From NCBI GenBank assembly GCA_048213135.1, contig PS015228.1, positions 76,199-109,999 of the forward strand: a DNA stretch of 33,801 bases, given 5' to 3'. This DNA comes from Reclinomonas americana ATCC 50394 (taxonomy: Eukaryota). Below, piece after piece: positions 31,601-33,801 of the stretch; the first letter of the stretch is position 1; the number at the start of each line of letters is the position of its first letter. The position numbers and the translations under genes are program-made. The notes under the pieces were generated by a model. That model ran no database searches, was not told where the DNA came from, and saw nothing but the letters and a program-made list of their open reading frames with translations.

Positions 31601-33369
31601 CGAGTGGAACATGAATGCAGATAAGGACAGAAAGGAGACCAGAATGATAGATAATACTGACGAATGACGGTACCAGCAGCACCAAGTTCAAATGCAGTCA
31701 CACAGCATCCACAGCCTTGACCACAATCAGAATGCAGAAGATAGCGACGAAGAGAACAACAGCACAGTCAACGACGTGACAACACAGAACAACAATGTCG
31801 CGGTCAATACACCACGGATCGCACCAAACAACTTCAACCCTCCATTCCCGTTGTTGCTTGCGGTATTGTTGATAAACGTGGAGTTGGTGATTGTCTGCGC
31901 CATGGGACAAGTGGAATGTAAGTGACCCAACCACCAATGTTCCTCATGCACACGCATTGCACGCACCTGCGTGTTGCCAACTCCACTGCCGACGAAATTA
32001 ACCCACATGGCACCACCTCCAGAAAAGCCACCGCTGGCGCCGCCTTCAGAAGTGACACCTGTGCGCGTTGTCTTCTGGCTGAACCACAAAGGCAAAGAAT
32101 CGAAAAGCAAGTGCGGGCGTACCGATTGCAGAGGATCCGCCATTGCCGTTGTTGCTGGCCGAGTTCGAGATGAAAGTGCAGTTGCTTACAGTCTGTCACA
32201 CACAATGAATTTCGCGTTCGAATAGCCCGCCAGAGAGCACAGTGAAACAGCACCTGGCTGCCAATAGATGCGAAAATGACCCACAGTGCTCCTCCGCCGT
32301 TGAAATCGCCAGGGCTAGAGGCGTCAATAGTCACGCCTGTATGTGCAGTGAGTAAGAAACAAGGGGAAAGCAATGACCAAGGGATAGAGAGAAAAGAATG
32401 AGAAATCCAAAGAGATAGCAAGCAATGCGACTACATGAAAATAAATGGAATTGTCGTACACAGAAAAGATATCTCTCTGTGTGCAACTTGGGTCTCTCAC
32501 TCTCCGTCTTTCTTTCTCTATCTCTCCGTCGTTTTCCGTCTCTCCTTCTCTTCTCTTCTCTTCTCTCTCTCTCTCTCTCTGACCACAAACCATTGGAGTC
32601 CGTCGATCCTGACTCTCCTTTCGAGCCTCCGTTGCCGTTGCTCATGGCTGAGTTCAACGTGAAGAGCGAGTTCGACAGATTCTGCGAAAGGCCAACAACG
32701 AGATTTGAGCAGCTCCGTCACCTAACGCTCTCTGATGCACACTGCCACCCAAACCTGACTGCCAGTGGTGGAATAGAACACTAACAGAGCACCGCCACCA
32801 CTAGAGCCGCCGGAGCAGTTGATATTGATGTAGCCGTAATCTGGGAACGGACATCAATCACACACAAAGTGAGGGTGACAGATGAAGGCACCAAGCAAGA
32901 ATCATCAAAGGAAACAAGAAGAATCGCATTCTTCCCCCTACACACGGAACACACAAATTACAACCCCAGCGAGACGCACTGTTCAGCGCCGTTGAAAATG
33001 CAGATGAGCCGCCGCCGCCATTGTTGCTGGCAGTGTTGGCGGTGAATGTGCAGCCACTCACAACCTGCATAAAAACCGAAACAAGAGTATGTCGGACACA
33101 GTGGAGTGGCACGCACTCCCTCCAGCACCAGATGTCAACGCACATGATTTCCATTTCCGTTAAAGTTAACCCACATTGCGCCGCCGCCGTTGTTGCCAGC
33201 GGCACTGTAGGCATTGACGATGACGCCTGGCACACAAAGAGTGCTCGCAGCGATGAGATCGTTGCGCGAAAAAAACTGCAAGTTGAATGAGAACTCACCA
33301 ACTGAAAGCGAGCCTCCGTTGCCATTGTTGGTGGCCGTGTTGGAGGTGAATGTGCAGTTTGTCAGCGAC
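21769..33369 (-). CDS. Very large surface/receptor-like protein: Pmp-like GGA(I/L/V/M)/FxxN parallel beta-helix, Cys-rich linker and multi-pass (~7+ TM) C-terminal domain; partial, 5' end beyond the window
   Basis: About 33 GT-AG exons. N-terminal micro-exons such as SLTNCTFTSNTATNNGNGG and GNNGGGAMWV. A 2-kb exon (~25621-27619) with many N.A..GGG(V/I/L) motifs. Then 25395-25558, 24214-24780 (CPAGLFY...CNGG...PGYW...CP.NYC...CGAC) and hydrophobic exons 23993-24128, 23415-23922, 23222-23348, 22889-22949 (YGVLYEQFRPKFIWF), 22664-22830, 22391-22604, and last exon 21769-21929 (TAG). Phases are consistent. Confidence 0.85.
24850..25345. repeat. Compound (GGAA)n then (GCAA)n satellite in an intron of the Pmp-like gene
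   Basis: About 150 bp of GGAA-type units followed by about 350 bp of GCAA-type units with GTAA/ACAA variants. Confidence 0.9.
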
Positions 33370-33394
33370 TGCACGGAGGGAGGCGGTGAGGGGA

Positions 33395-33800
33395 AAGGGG
33401 AAGGAACAGGGGGAGGCGAGGCGGAAGGTGAAGGGAAATGGAAAGACGAAAGGAGAAGGGTGAAGGAACAGGGGAAAGACGAAAGGAGAAGGGTGAAGGA
33501 ACAGGGGAAAGACGAAAGGAGAAGGGTGAAGGAACAGGGGGAAGGAACAGGGGGAAGGAACAGGGCGAAGGAACAGGGGGAAGGAACAGGGGGAAGGAAC
33601 AGGGGGAAGGAACAGGGGGGAAGGAACAGAGGGGAAGGAACAGAGGGAAAACAAAGGGGGAAAACAGACGGGGAAACATAGGGGGAAGATGAAGGGGGGA
33701 AGGAACAGTGGGAAGGAACAAGAAAAGATGGAGAAACGGGAATGAGAAGAGGGAAGGATCAGCGGGGGAAGGAACAGGGGGAAGGAGCAGGGGGAAGAGA
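33395..33800. repeat. Minisatellite: three 33-bp units (gaaagacgaaaggagaagggtgaaggaacaggg) plus ~13-bp gaaggaacagggg units, intronic
   Basis: Direct reading of the sequence; lies upstream of the acceptor at ~33370 on the minus strand. Confidence 0.85.
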
Positions 33801-33801
33801 A

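Noticed and set aside
33395-33800. 33-bp repeats resembling a CRISPR array in length
   Set aside because: No unique spacers, purine-rich low complexity, and an intronic eukaryotic context.

Overview
Eukaryotic genomic DNA from an intron-dense, GC-rich organism, most likely a flagellated protist because it encodes DRC7. It has short GT-AG introns, many microsatellites and 8 N-gaps; there are no prokaryotic features such as CRISPR arrays or operons. Four spliced genes were modelled by hand. (1) A minus-strand hypothetical protein (3669 to past the left edge) with an acidic N-terminus and a degenerate PD-(D/E)xK-like motif; its first exon and 5' flank are tandemly duplicated. (2) Plus-strand DRC7/CCDC135 (5249-11186, 21 visible exons, 5' end probably in a gap). 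(3) A minus-strand protein of ~1057 aa with 16 ankyrin repeats and a disordered tail (20313-11323, 27 exons). (4) A very large minus-strand surface protein (>33369 to 21769) with Pmp-like GGA/FxxN beta-helix repeats, a Cys-rich linker and a multi-pass membrane domain. Between genes 3 and 4 lie a decayed RLE-type non-LTR retrotransposon fragment and a possible BED-finger/hAT-like remnant. The most unusual signals concern splicing: a recurrent GTTGCG 5' splice site with G at +6, purine-rich 5' and pyrimidine-rich 3' ends in many long introns, and a beta-helix built from repeated two-exon modules next to a 2-kb intronless exon. All gene models are manual and lack transcript support.
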